A stretch of DNA of 64,000 nucleotides from an uncultured virus (IMG/VR IMGVR_UViG_3300027336_000062) (Duplodnaviria > Heunggongvirae > Uroviricota > Caudoviricetes). The notes beneath the pieces were generated by a model, which worked only from the letters and a program-made list of their open reading frames with translations, was not told the origin of the DNA and did no database searches. Made by a program: the position numbers and the translations under genes. Of the stretch, positions 63,706 through 64,000 are shown in pieces (the stretch's first letter is position 1; each line of letters opens with the position of its first letter). The stretch lies in IMG/VR virus record IMGVR_UViG_3300027336_000062. One strand, written 5' to 3'.

Positions 63706-63878
63706 ATCTCGGATAGAGACAAGCGTCGGAACTTTTCGCTCAGCGTCGCCTCTGATTTGGGAATCAGGGTGACAAGGGAGTTTCTAGGAGGCTGGTTTAA
63801 TACCGGCCTCTTGTACGTCCGGTCTTGGTGATCGATCTTGACCTGAGGCACGTAGTCTTTGCTGAATGGATTGGTCAT
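63702..63878 (-). CDS. Small hypothetical protein (58 aa)
   Basis: MTNPFSKDY...; ATGA-coupled to the upstream ORF, convergent with the endolysin. Confidence 0.5.
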   Translation of the reverse strand: MTNPFSKDYVPQVKIDHQDRTYKRPVLNQPPRNSLVTLIPKSEATLSEKFRRLSLSEI

Positions 63879-64000
63879 GGGATTTGGTTTCCGTGGTACT
63901 TCATGGGTTGAGGGATGAGCTTGTCGGCCGACACAGTAAAGATGTTGCTGAGCCAGGGGTCAGTGGGACTGAACTCCAGGACACGCACCACTGGGCCTGT
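63875..64000 (-). CDS. 3' end of a hypothetical protein (...LIPQPMKYHGNQIP)
   Basis: Open frame from the window edge to TGA at 63875-63877. Confidence 0.45.
   Translation of the reverse strand, partial: TGPVVRVLEFSPTDPWLSNIFTVSADKLIPQPMKYHGNQIP

Noticed and set aside
1..64000. Integrase/repressor (lysogeny) or stop-codon reassignment
   Set aside because: No such genes seen; all core genes read through intact in the standard bacterial code

Overview
Most of the genome of a lytic N4-like podovirus (Schitoviridae), circularly permuted so that the probable physical termini fall near 12.1-12.5 kb. Leftward (- strand) early/middle arm at 1-12084: gp1-like and gp2/Drc-like early genes behind GGA-triloop hairpin promoters, two-subunit RNAP II, AAA ATPase plus VWA/metallopeptidase, and a Dda/RecD-like helicase. 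Rightward late arm at 12.27-38.85 kb: tRNA-Tyr, terminase, portal, major capsid, ejection proteins and a 3468-aa virion RNA polymerase. A - strand replication and nucleotide-metabolism block at 38.96-49.33 kb: H-NS-like protein, RuvC-like resolvase, SSB, Sak4-like ATPase, gp43/gp42-like proteins, class II RNR and ThyX. A + strand tail-fibre and lysis module at 49.4-63.7 kb sits inside the replication arm rather than next to the portal. No DNA polymerase gene is visible; it probably lies just outside the window. Best novel signal: an A_AAA_AAG slippery site plus stem-loop at the end of the gp51-position ejection gene, which would fuse it by -1 frameshifting to an intact staphylococcal-nuclease domain. 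Also notable: small accessory genes joined by an identical 22-nt RBS/stop/start junction, a phage H-NS, and two structured intergenic elements. N4 gp numbers are assigned from synteny, size and recalled motifs, not from a database search.
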